DNA from: Gammaproteobacteria bacterium
GTDB taxonomy: Bacteria; Pseudomonadota; Gammaproteobacteria; Natronospirales; REEB76
NCBI GenBank assembly: GCA_035690065.1
Contig: DASSKW010000014.1
Location: 398-64,397 of the forward strand
DNA length: 64,000 nt
Direction of reading: 5' to 3'
Both the position numbers and the translations under genes were made by a program. This document shows positions 9,509 through 19,440 of the stretch, piece by piece; position 1 is the stretch's first letter, and every line of letters begins with the position of its first letter. Under the pieces are notes generated by a model, which did no database searches, had not been told where the DNA came from, and saw only the letters and a list, made by a program, of their open reading frames with translations.

Positions 9509-10495
9509 ATGCAACATCGTATCCGGGCTTTGCCATTGCTCGCCGCGCTGACATTCCTGACGCTGCTGATATTCTGCGTCGCGCTGGCCGTCGGCAGTGT
9601 GTCATTGCCACTGCATTCGGTGGTCGCGGTAATAGGTGGCGGTGGCGATCCGCTGACCCGCACCCTGGTACTGGAATTGCGTCTGCCGCGTGCCCTGACT
9701 GCATTCGCAGTCGGCGGTCTGCTGGCCATGGCCGGCGCGCTGATGCAGGTGTTATTGCGCAATCCGTTGGCCGATCCTTACATCCTCGGCGTCTCCGGTG
9801 GCGCCGCGGTTGGAGCGCTCGGTTCGATCCTGCTCGGTATCGGCGGATACTGGATCAGCGGCAGTGCCTTTGCAGGGGCGCTGATCTCCATGCTGATCGT
9901 ATTCGTGCTGGCGCACGGCCGCGGCGGATGGACACCTACACGCCTGTTGCTGACCGGCATCGTGGTGGCATTCGGTTGGGGTGCGCTGATCAGTTTCATG
10001 CTGGTGCTATCCGATGATGCAAGCCTGCGCGGTATGCTGTTCTGGCTGATGGGTGATCTGTCCTATCGCGGCACTGGCTGGTTGCCACTCGCCGTACTTG
10101 GTATCGGTTTGTTCGCCTGGTTACCGTTCGCACGCCATCTCAATGTGCTGGCGCGCGGCGAGACCCTGGCGGAGGCGCTCGGAATCGCAGTGCGCCCGTT
10201 CAGCATCGCGATCTATATAAGTGCGTCGCTGTTCACCGCCATCGCAGTCACTGAAGCCGGCGCCATCGGTTTCGTGGGGCTGGTGATCCCGCACATATTG
10301 CGGCTGGTATCCGGCAGCGATCATCGCAGTCTGTTACCCGGTGCGGCGCTGGCTGGCGGCAGTCTCTTGATGCTGGCAGACACTTTAGCCAGAACCGTCG
10401 CTGCACCACGCCAACTTCCGGTCGGAGTGATCACTGCGGCCATCGGCGTGCCGCTGTTCCTGTATCTGCTGAACCGTGCCCGGGGACCATTGTGA
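9509..10495 (+). CDS. FecCD/BtuC-family ABC importer permease (type II importer)
   Basis: 328 aa with ~9-10 TM segments. 'LRLPRALTAFAVGGLLAMAGALMQ' is the typical FecCD signature. It starts 3 nt after the HAD stop. Confidence 0.85.
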   Translation: MQHRIRALPLLAALTFLTLLIFCVALAVGSVSLPLHSVVAVIGGGGDPLTRTLVLELRLPRALTAFAVGGLLAMAGALMQVLLRNPLADPYILGVSGGAAVGALGSILLGIGGYWISGSAFAGALISMLIVFVLAHGRGGWTPTRLLLTGIVVAFGWGALISFMLVLSDDASLRGMLFWLMGDLSYRGTGWLPLAVLGIGLFAWLPFARHLNVLARGETLAEALGIAVRPFSIAIYISASLFTAIAVTEAGAIGFVGLVIPHILRLVSGSDHRSLLPGAALAGGSLLMLADTLARTVAAPRQLPVGVITAAIGVPLFLYLLNRARGPL

Positions 10496-11283
10496 AGTCG
10501 ACGTCATTGCTCAGCACCCGCGCACTCGACGTCAGCATCGCCGGCAAGCAGGTATGTCGCGGCCTGGATCTGGAACTGTCGGCTGGCACGTGTCTCGGCG
10601 TCCTCGGTGCCAATGGCGTCGGCAAGACCACCCTGCTGCACACGCTGGCCGGATTGCGTGCCACAGACAATGGCGAGATATTGCTGGCCGGTGAAGACAT
10701 CACGGCACTGTCACGCCGACGCATCGCCCGCCAACTCGGCTTGCTGATCCAGCAGCAGGAAGACAGCCTGCCGGCATCGGTACTGGAAACTGCACTAATC
10801 GGCCGACATCCGCATATCGATTTCTGGCGCTGGGAATCGCACACCGATGTCGCTATCGCCCGCCGCACGCTCAAGCTCACCGGCCTCGACGGCCTCGAAC
10901 AACGTTCCCAGACACAGCTGTCGGGCGGCGAACGCCGGCGGCTCGCCATCGCCACTATCCTGGCGCAGGATCCTGCGGTATTCCTGCTGGACGAACCCAC
11001 GCATCAGCTCGACCTGCAACACCAGATCACGCTGCTTGGATTGTTTGCAAAACTCGCGCACCAGCAGGACCGGCTGGTAGTCATCAGCTTGCATGATGTC
11101 AATCTGGCAGCACGTTTCTGCAGTCATGTCATGCTGCTGTTCGGCGCCGGCGAGATCATGGTCGGCCCGACGCGGGAAATCCTCACCGCAGCCAATCTGA
11201 CCCGGCTCTACCGTATCCCGGTACTGCCGGTGACATGGCCGGGCGGCACCTTGTTCGTACCGGAACGCGAACCACGTACCTGA
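10492..11283 (+). CDS. ABC transporter ATP-binding protein (BtuD/FecE-like)
   Basis: Walker A 'GANGVGKTT', signature 'LSGGERRR' and Walker B 'FLLDEP'. There is a 4-nt overlap with the permease gene. Confidence 0.9.
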   Translation: MKSTSLLSTRALDVSIAGKQVCRGLDLELSAGTCLGVLGANGVGKTTLLHTLAGLRATDNGEILLAGEDITALSRRRIARQLGLLIQQQEDSLPASVLETALIGRHPHIDFWRWESHTDVAIARRTLKLTGLDGLEQRSQTQLSGGERRRLAIATILAQDPAVFLLDEPTHQLDLQHQITLLGLFAKLAHQQDRLVVISLHDVNLAARFCSHVMLLFGAGEIMVGPTREILTAANLTRLYRIPVLPVTWPGGTLFVPEREPRT

Positions 11284-11365
11284 CGGATACGCCCGTTTGC
11301 GGTATCCTCTGCCGCCAGCCCCCAAGCCATACTTTCCGTACCGCTCTATCCAGAGGCAAACAATC

Positions 11366-11953
11366 ATGATCAGATCGAGCCAACTGGCGAAATTCGCCGC
11401 CCCTGTGCTGCTTACCCTCGGCGCGCTATCGCTCAGCGCCTGCTCTCCGAGCAGTGCACCAAATCCCAACGCCAAGAAAGTCCTGACTGCATGTCTCGCC
11501 GTGAACAACAGCGAAGCCAGCAAGATCCTGGGCGGTGATCTCACCGCCACGACGTTCTCGGGGGACAACTCGCCGGTCAAGGTCTGCACCTACAACGATG
11601 CAAAAGGCACGATGCTCGGCCTCTTCAAGATCCAGAGCGCGGACAAGATCAAGGACGCGGTCGCCGACCTGAACGCTGATGCCGCACAGAACAAGGTCCT
11701 GTTCAAGGGCAATCTGAAACCGATCGTGATCCATCCGGCTGACGGTTTTGGTCCTGGTGCGTTCTATATAGACAACACCACCGGCCCCGATTCGAATTCG
11801 GTACAACTGCATGTGATCCAGAACGGTTACAAGATCCTGGCCCAGGTCAACAATCCGAAGGATTTCGCGACCGGTGAGAAACAGGCGGCCGCGATGGTGA
11901 CCCAGGCATTTGAGAATCTCAAGAGCGGCTCTGCATTACAGATCGTGCCCTGA
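11366..11953 (+). CDS. Lipoprotein of unknown function
   Basis: Signal peptide plus lipobox 'LSLSAC' after the ATG at 11366. It has no similarity I can recognise to BtuF/FhuD-type binding proteins. Confidence 0.6.
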   Translation: MIRSSQLAKFAAPVLLTLGALSLSACSPSSAPNPNAKKVLTACLAVNNSEASKILGGDLTATTFSGDNSPVKVCTYNDAKGTMLGLFKIQSADKIKDAVADLNADAAQNKVLFKGNLKPIVIHPADGFGPGAFYIDNTTGPDSNSVQLHVIQNGYKILAQVNNPKDFATGEKQAAAMVTQAFENLKSGSALQIVP

Positions 11954-11976
11954 CCGCCAGCGCAACTGAAGATTCA

Positions 11977-12006
11977 AGAGGCCCCGCGATGCGGGGTCTC
12001 TTTTTT
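11977..12006 (+). terminator. Rho-independent terminator after the lipoprotein gene
   Basis: 11-bp stem 'agaggccccgc/gcggggtctct' (one G-U pair), loop 'gat', followed by TTTTT. Confidence 0.7.
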
Positions 12007-12812
12007 CATGTCACGCCGATGACCGGCACCTCGATCCAGCCTTGCATGTACAACACTGCGCGGCCCGCAAGGAGTACCCGCTCACCGCGTAACTCACAAC
12101 GCAGTTGCCCGCCGCGTGCGGAAAGCTGTCGTGCATCGAATACGGTCTTGTTCAGTCTTGCTGCCCAGTAGGGCGTCAATACACAATGTGCCGAACCGGT
12201 CACCGGGTCTTCCGGGACGCCGAGTTGCGGCGCGAAGAAACGTGATACGAAATCACAATCCGAACCGCGCGCGGTGACGATCACGCCGCTATATCCGAGT
12301 TCTGCAAGACGCTGCATATCCGGCGATGCGTCGTGTACGGCCGATTCCGACATCGTCGCCAGCAAGTAGCCGATCCGCGAAATCGCGGTCTCCTCTATTG
12401 TCACACCCAGGATAGAGCTCAGCTTTGCTGGTACTGCTACCGGACGCGGCGCATCGGCGGGGAAATCCATGCGTATCTCTCCAGAGGCGGCATCGACTTC
12501 CACTTGCAGCAGGCCGCTATGCGAATCGAAATCGAGGTGCGAAACGCCGGGCTGCAGATGCGTGGCGATCACGTACGCCGTAGCCAGCGTCGCGTGTCCG
12601 CACAATTCGACTTCGCAGGCCGGCGTGAACCAGCGCAATTCGTATCCGGCCCCGCGCGGTACGAAGAATGCGGTCTCCGCAAGATTGTTCTCGGCGGCGA
12701 TCGCCTGCATGGTCTCGTCCGGCAGCCACTGTTCCAGTGGACACACCGCGGCAGGGTTGCCCGCAAACAGATGGTCGGAAAATGCATCGACCTGATATAT
12801 CGGCAATCTCAT
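12006..12812 (-). CDS. PhzF-family isomerase-like protein
   Basis: 'MRLPIYQVDAFSDHLFAGNPAAVCPL...NLAETAFF' is the typical PhzF/YddE N-terminus. The start at M23 of the ORF leaves room for the divergent btuB promoter. Confidence 0.85.
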   Translation of the reverse strand: MRLPIYQVDAFSDHLFAGNPAAVCPLEQWLPDETMQAIAAENNLAETAFFVPRGAGYELRWFTPACEVELCGHATLATAYVIATHLQPGVSHLDFDSHSGLLQVEVDAASGEIRMDFPADAPRPVAVPAKLSSILGVTIEETAISRIGYLLATMSESAVHDASPDMQRLAELGYSGVIVTARGSDCDFVSRFFAPQLGVPEDPVTGSAHCVLTPYWAARLNKTVFDARQLSARGGQLRCELRGERVLLAGRAVLYMQGWIEVPVIGVT

Positions 12813-12863
12813 ACTCCCACTCCATCGTGACAGTGAAATATCGATGATAAACCGCTGTCTCGC

Positions 12864-12892
12864 TTGACAGTCCGGCAATGTGACTCTAAATT
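12864..12892 (+). promoter_or_regulatory. Candidate sigma70 promoter for the riboswitch-btuB transcript
   Basis: TTGACA (12864-12869), a 17-nt spacer, then TAAATT (12887-12892), immediately upstream of the riboswitch. Confidence 0.5.
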
Positions 12893-12898
12893 GACGCA

Positions 12899-13085
12899 GC
12901 CTTGAGGCGTCGTCCTTGCGGACGACACTCGGGAAGCCGGTGCGCTCATCACGAGCAATTCCGGCGCTGCCCCCGCAACGGTAGGCGAGTACGGTCCGTC
13001 ACGAAGCCACTGTACAGATCATGTACGGGAAGGCGACGAACCAGGAAATGAAGATTTCCACTCGCGAGCCCGGAGACCGGCCTGA
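12899..13085 (+). promoter_or_regulatory. Cobalamin (B12) riboswitch
   Basis: Conserved core 'GGGAAGCCGGTGCG...CCGGCGCTGCCCCCGCAACGGTA', B12-box 'GCCACTG' (13006-13012), and 3' 'AGCCCGGAGACCGGCC'. A downstream 'ctcctca' (about 13149-13155) can pair with the btuB SD 'tgaggag' (13199-13205). Confidence 0.85.
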
Positions 13086-13212
13086 AGGTACTGGTATCGG
13101 CGTTGCGGCGGGCAATGCGAACGGGTTCATGAACCCATCGCTTTTCTTCTCCTCATCCCGATTTGTCACCCTTGCTGTCACGCATGCGGGCGAGCTGCGT
13201 GAGGAGTCCATC

Positions 13213-15072
13213 ATGTACAAATCCCTGCTATCGGGTGGCGCAGTCGCGCTGCTCGCAAGTCTTTCATGCGGCAGTTTTGCGGCTCAGACTATCAACCTTG
13301 AAATACCGATCACGGTCACCGCTACCCGTACCACGCTGACCGCCGATCAGGAAGTCGCGCCGATGATCGTGATCTCGGCACAACAGATCCAGCTCTCCGG
13401 TGCGCAGAACCTCGGTAATCTGCTCCAGCAATATGCCGGGCTCGATATCGCCAGCAACGGTGGTCCGGGACAACCGATTTCCCTGTTCCTGCGCGGCACC
13501 AACAGCAATCAAACGCTGGTGATGATCGACGGCGTGAAGATCAACCCGGCCAAGGGCAGCGGTGCCGCACTGGCCAATATCCGCCTCGATGACATCGAAC
13601 GCATCGAGATCGTCAAAGGTCCGCGGGCTGCGCTGTATGGCTCCGACGCCATCGGTGGCGTCATCAACATCATTACCAAACATGCAAGCGAAGGCACTCA
13701 TTACGGGGCACATGCAGGCGCCGGACGCTACGGCACCTATGAGAACGGTGGGCATTTCGATTACGGTCAGGGCAAAACCGGATTCGGTGTCGCCGCCAGC
13801 AACTATCACACCGACGGTTTCCCCGCAGTGGCCGGGACCGATTTCGACAGCGGCAACACCGATCGCACCTGGAACGCCTACGCGCGCGCCGAACTTGGCG
13901 GCATCACTGCAAATCTGAAGCACTGGCAGAGCAGCGGCAATACTCAATTCGCGAATTTCTCCAACGATCCGCCCTATTCACTGGCTCCCTTCGACGAGGA
14001 CTACCGCAACCAGGTAACCGGCCTCGACCTCACCGGCGAATTCCTGCCCGGCTGGCGCAGCAATCTGTCTCTCAGCCACATGCTGGATGAAGTGGATCAG
14101 GCGCAGGACGATCCGTACAACCCGGGACAGGTTCCTGATTTCGTGCATACCCAACGCAACGTGATCGACTGGCAGAACGACGTCGTACTGGGCGATTACC
14201 AGTTATTGACTGCGGGACTTTACAGCGAAGCACAACACGCCGGCTCACAATCCTACGGTCTCGGCTACGACGCGCCAGATCGCATCAATGCGCTGTATCT
14301 GGAAGACGACCTCGATGTGGGCCCGCACCGGCTGGTGGTGGCTGCACGCAACACCCACGATCAGGCGTTCGGCGATCACGTCACCTGGAATGCGGATTAC
14401 GGCTACGACCTGACGTCCGCGACACGCCTGACCGCCGGTGCCGGTACCGGCTTCCGCGCCCCCAGCGCGGAAGAACGCTTCGGCTTCGGCGGCAACCCGG
14501 CATTGCATCCAGAAACCTCCAGGAATATCGAACTCGGCCTGCGCCAGAATCTCAGTGCGACTCAGCATCTGACCGTGAGCGTGTTCAGAAATAACCTCGA
14601 CAATCTGATCCAGTACACCGTCACTCCAGGCAACCCCTTGGGCATTAACGAAAATATCGCCAGCGCTCGTATCCGTGGTCTGGAATTGGACTACCTGTGC
14701 ACGCGTCAGGCTTGGTCCTGGCGCACCGGAGCCATCTTCCAGCGACCGGAGAACCTGGATACCGGCACATTGCTGTTGCGGCGTGCGGAACGCACGCTGA
14801 CGACTGCGCTCGATTGGCATGACGATCGCACCAGCATCGGCGTGCATCTCATCGCCACCGGTCCGCGTGACGACCTGGATTTCAACACCGGCGCACCGCT
14901 GACGGATGCCGGCTACGTACTCACCGGCATCACCTTGCGCCAGCAACTCGGTCACGGTTTCAGTGTCAGCGGCAGCGTGGAAAACCTGTTCGATGTGCAC
15001 TACCAGACCGCCGCCGGTTATAACACCGCCGGTAGCTCCTTGTTCGTGCGACTGGATTACGCTTCGGAATAA
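13213..15072 (+). CDS. btuB: TonB-dependent outer-membrane receptor, cobalamin-type
   Basis: ATG at 13213 follows a GAGGAG SD. It has a signal peptide, plug-domain motifs ('IEIVKGPRAALYGSDAIGGVINIITK') and a beta-barrel C-terminus, and it lies directly downstream of a B12 riboswitch. Confidence 0.8.
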   Translation: MYKSLLSGGAVALLASLSCGSFAAQTINLEIPITVTATRTTLTADQEVAPMIVISAQQIQLSGAQNLGNLLQQYAGLDIASNGGPGQPISLFLRGTNSNQTLVMIDGVKINPAKGSGAALANIRLDDIERIEIVKGPRAALYGSDAIGGVINIITKHASEGTHYGAHAGAGRYGTYENGGHFDYGQGKTGFGVAASNYHTDGFPAVAGTDFDSGNTDRTWNAYARAELGGITANLKHWQSSGNTQFANFSNDPPYSLAPFDEDYRNQVTGLDLTGEFLPGWRSNLSLSHMLDEVDQAQDDPYNPGQVPDFVHTQRNVIDWQNDVVLGDYQLLTAGLYSEAQHAGSQSYGLGYDAPDRINALYLEDDLDVGPHRLVVAARNTHDQAFGDHVTWNADYGYDLTSATRLTAGAGTGFRAPSAEERFGFGGNPALHPETSRNIELGLRQNLSATQHLTVSVFRNNLDNLIQYTVTPGNPLGINENIASARIRGLELDYLCTRQAWSWRTGAIFQRPENLDTGTLLLRRAERTLTTALDWHDDRTSIGVHLIATGPRDDLDFNTGAPLTDAGYVLTGITLRQQLGHGFSVSGSVENLFDVHYQTAAGYNTAGSSLFVRLDYASE

Positions 15073-15081
15073 CCGATCTGA

Positions 15082-15110
15082 AGAGCGGCCCGCCGGGCCG
15101 CTCTGTTTTT
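15082..15110. terminator. Terminator between convergent btuB and murB
   Basis: 10-bp GC stem 'agagcggccc/gggccgctct', loop 'gcc', then GTTTTT; the T-run overlaps the murB stop codon. Confidence 0.75.
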
Positions 15111-16131
15111 ACACGATCCTGGGTTCCGGCTCCAACCGGATGTCGAACTTCTCCAGCACCGAATCCATGATGCGCTGCGCCAGGGTCCATAATTGCATGC
15201 CACTGGCATGACGGTGATTGACCAGTACCAGTGCGTGCTTTTCGGAGACCCCGGCATCGCCTTCACGAAAGCCTTTCCAGCCACACTGTTCGATCAACCA
15301 TGCGGCACTGAGTTTCTTGCCATCGGCCGCATCGAAGACCGGCAACCCGGGATGCACTCCCGATAACTGGGCAGCGTGCTCAACTGATACCACCGGATTC
15401 TTGAAAAAGCTGCCGGCATTGCCGATCACGGCCGGATCCGGGAGTTTTCGCCGGCGCAGACGGCAGACGGCATCGGACACATCGGTCGCCGTGGGTCGAG
15501 TGATGTTCATGGCAGATAATTCTTCACGCACCCCGCTGTAGTCGAGCTTGAGCGGAGCATCCTGCTGCAATTGCAATTCAATCCCGGTGATGATCCAGCG
15601 ATCCGGGTCCTGCTTGAACCGGCTTTGCCGATAACTGAAACCACATTGTTCACGGGACAGGCGCACCGCCTCATTTCGTTCCCGGTCGTACGCCTCGACT
15701 GCGATCATGTTTTCCGCCAACTCCGCTCCGTAGGCACCGATATTCTGGATCGGTGCGGCACCGACACTCCCGGGGATCAACGAGAGGTTCTCCAGGCCAC
15801 ACAAATCCTGTGCCAGACTCCAGCGCACCAGATCGTTCCAATGCTCGCCGGCTGCAGCATGTACCCTGGCTCCGGCACTATCGGTGCCGAGTAACTGCAT
15901 ACCGCGCGCAGTAATAACAATGACCACGCCGGCAGGATCGCGGGCGAACAGCACATTGCTGCCCTCTCCCAAGACCAGTGCCGGTTGATCGCGCACCTCG
16001 GCCAACTGTAGCAGTTCAGGCAAAGCCCGCGGATCATTTACTTCCACGAGCAGTTGCGCGTGCGCCGGTACCCGGAACGTATTGTGTCCGGCGAGCGAAG
16101 CGTTCTTGATGAGTCGGTATGGTGATGTCAT
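15109..16131 (-). CDS. murB: UDP-N-acetylenolpyruvoylglucosamine reductase
   Basis: 340 aa counted from 'MTSPYRL...NTFRV'. FAD-binding PCMH domain and MurB C-terminal domain patterns are present ('GSVGAAPIQNIGAYG', 'GNAGSFFKNP'). Confidence 0.9.
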   Translation of the reverse strand: MTSPYRLIKNASLAGHNTFRVPAHAQLLVEVNDPRALPELLQLAEVRDQPALVLGEGSNVLFARDPAGVVIVITARGMQLLGTDSAGARVHAAAGEHWNDLVRWSLAQDLCGLENLSLIPGSVGAAPIQNIGAYGAELAENMIAVEAYDRERNEAVRLSREQCGFSYRQSRFKQDPDRWIITGIELQLQQDAPLKLDYSGVREELSAMNITRPTATDVSDAVCRLRRRKLPDPAVIGNAGSFFKNPVVSVEHAAQLSGVHPGLPVFDAADGKKLSAAWLIEQCGWKGFREGDAGVSEKHALVLVNHRHASGMQLWTLAQRIMDSVLEKFDIRLEPEPRIV

Positions 16132-16212
16132 GCTGCTGGCAGCATACAAGAAAATCTCCTCGCCCCTGTTGTCAGCCCAATCCAAAGCGCGAATTGCAGA
16201 CGAGGCTTCAGA

Positions 16213-17892
16213 TTACTTGACTTCCGCGCTGCCGATGTCGCGTGGATCAGCTGCCGCCGTCACTTTGCCGCTCTTGTAATCCCAGGTGATGGCCTGCATG
16301 TTTCCATAGGTACCGGTCTGATGCAGGTGGTAACCCATGTTTTCAAGACCGATGATCTCGTCCGCAGTGAAAGCGCCCGGCTCATAGAAAACGACATCCG
16401 GCAGGTACTGCATGTGATAACGCGGGGTACTGACGATGCTTTCCGCATCGCCACCGTTAAAATAGTCGAGCGTGCCGAGCAACACCATGCTGATGATGCG
16501 GCTGCCGCCGGGCGTACCCAGTATCGCCTGTCCGTTCGTTGTTTGCAGGAACGTGGGCGTCATGCTGGACAGCGGGCGTTTGTGCGGCGCGATGGCATTG
16601 GCATCGTTACCCACCAGACCGAAGCCGTTCGGTACGCCGGGTTTGGATACGAAATCATCCATCTCGTCGTTCAATAACACGCCGGTACCGGGTGGCATGA
16701 AACCGCTGCCGAACCGGAAGTTTACGGTGAAGGTTGCAGCAACTTCGTTGCCCTGCTTGTCCATGATCGAGATGTGCGTGGTGTGATTGCTCTCCGGTTT
16801 GGTCACCGTCACCGACGCCAGATTGTTGCTCGGCGTGGCTCTATCAGCAAGGATGCTGGTACGCAGTCCGGCAGCATAATACGGGCTCAGCAACCTCTCG
16901 ATCGGCATCTTGACGAAATCCGGATCGCCGAGATATTCGGCACGGTCGCGATATGCATGACGCATCGCCTCGATGATCAGGTGTTTCCGCATCAGATCAC
17001 TGTCCTGATTCAGGTCATAACCGGAGAGTATGTTCAGAGTTTCCAGCAACACGATACCGCCCGAGGACGGCGGCGGCGCAGAGACGATCTTCATGCCGTG
17101 ATATTCACCGACCAGCGGCGTACGTTCTTTCACCTGGTAATCGCTCAGATCACTCAGACTCCAGATACCTCCGGCAGCACGCATGCCATCGACCAGTTTT
17201 TTCGCCAATGCTCCCTGGTAAAACCCCGCCTCACCGTGCTTCGCGATCAATTCGAGTGTGTTCGCGAGGTCGGGTTGTTTCAACAACCAGCCGGTGGCAG
17301 GCGCTTCACCATGATCCAGGAACACCGCCGCCGCCGCAGGTGATTGTTTCAGCTTGTCCACGTGGCTCGCGATCATCGCCTGGAACATCCGATCCAGTGG
17401 AAATCCGTCACGCGCGAGTTTGATGGCCGGCGCCAGATCCTGCGCCAGTGTCAGTTTTCCGTAATGCTTGTTCAGATAGACCAGTGCGGCGGGTTCACCC
17501 GGGATAGCGGCAGAGAGCGGCCCGTCCAGCGACAGACCCTCGATGACATTGCCGCGCTTGTCCTGATACATGGTGGCAGTCGCAGCCGCCGGCGCATATT
17601 CGCGTCCATCGACCATGGTGTAGCGGTCGCCTTTCGCGATATGCAGCAGCCAGAAGCCGCCACCGCCGATACCAGAACTGTAAGGCTCTACCACCGACAG
17701 TGCAGCGCTTACCGCGACCGCGGCATCGAATGCGTTACCGCCTTCCGCCAGTACCTGCATGCCTGCTCTGGTGGCCAACGGATGGGCGCTGGCGACCGCA
17801 GCCTGTGGCGGATGGTGTGCAGGGGATGAAGCCAGCACCGCGCATGGCAGCGCCAACAGGATCAGAAAGGTGGTGATGGTCCGTGCTTGCAT
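16213..17892 (-). CDS. ggt: Gamma-glutamyltransferase
   Basis: 559 aa with a signal peptide, the autoprocessing/nucleophile region 'NHTTHISI' and 'GTPGGSRII'. Confidence 0.9.
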   Translation of the reverse strand: MQARTITTFLILLALPCAVLASSPAHHPPQAAVASAHPLATRAGMQVLAEGGNAFDAAVAVSAALSVVEPYSSGIGGGGFWLLHIAKGDRYTMVDGREYAPAAATATMYQDKRGNVIEGLSLDGPLSAAIPGEPAALVYLNKHYGKLTLAQDLAPAIKLARDGFPLDRMFQAMIASHVDKLKQSPAAAAVFLDHGEAPATGWLLKQPDLANTLELIAKHGEAGFYQGALAKKLVDGMRAAGGIWSLSDLSDYQVKERTPLVGEYHGMKIVSAPPPSSGGIVLLETLNILSGYDLNQDSDLMRKHLIIEAMRHAYRDRAEYLGDPDFVKMPIERLLSPYYAAGLRTSILADRATPSNNLASVTVTKPESNHTTHISIMDKQGNEVAATFTVNFRFGSGFMPPGTGVLLNDEMDDFVSKPGVPNGFGLVGNDANAIAPHKRPLSSMTPTFLQTTNGQAILGTPGGSRIISMVLLGTLDYFNGGDAESIVSTPRYHMQYLPDVVFYEPGAFTADEIIGLENMGYHLHQTGTYGNMQAITWDYKSGKVTAAADPRDIGSAEVK

Positions 17893-17943
17893 GGCGGGCT
17901 CCGGGATAGAGATATTCGGGAACAGGACCGTTCGAGGGCGATT

Positions 17944-18231
<288 letters not shown>

Positions 18232-18236
18232 CTATT

Positions 18237-19336
<1,100 letters not shown>

Positions 19337-19440
19337 GAAATAAATTCACCGAATTCAACTGGTTGTGACAAGCGTCCGGTCGCTTGCGCGGCAGCGCGCA
19401 TCCAGCGTACCCTAACCCGACCGTTCACGGAGGTAAACAA

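Noticed and set aside
13021-13212. N-terminal 64-aa extension of the btuB ORF given by the ORF track.
   Set aside because: The extension runs through the cobalamin riboswitch core and the expression platform. A GAGGAG SD and a signal peptide begin at the ATG at 13213.
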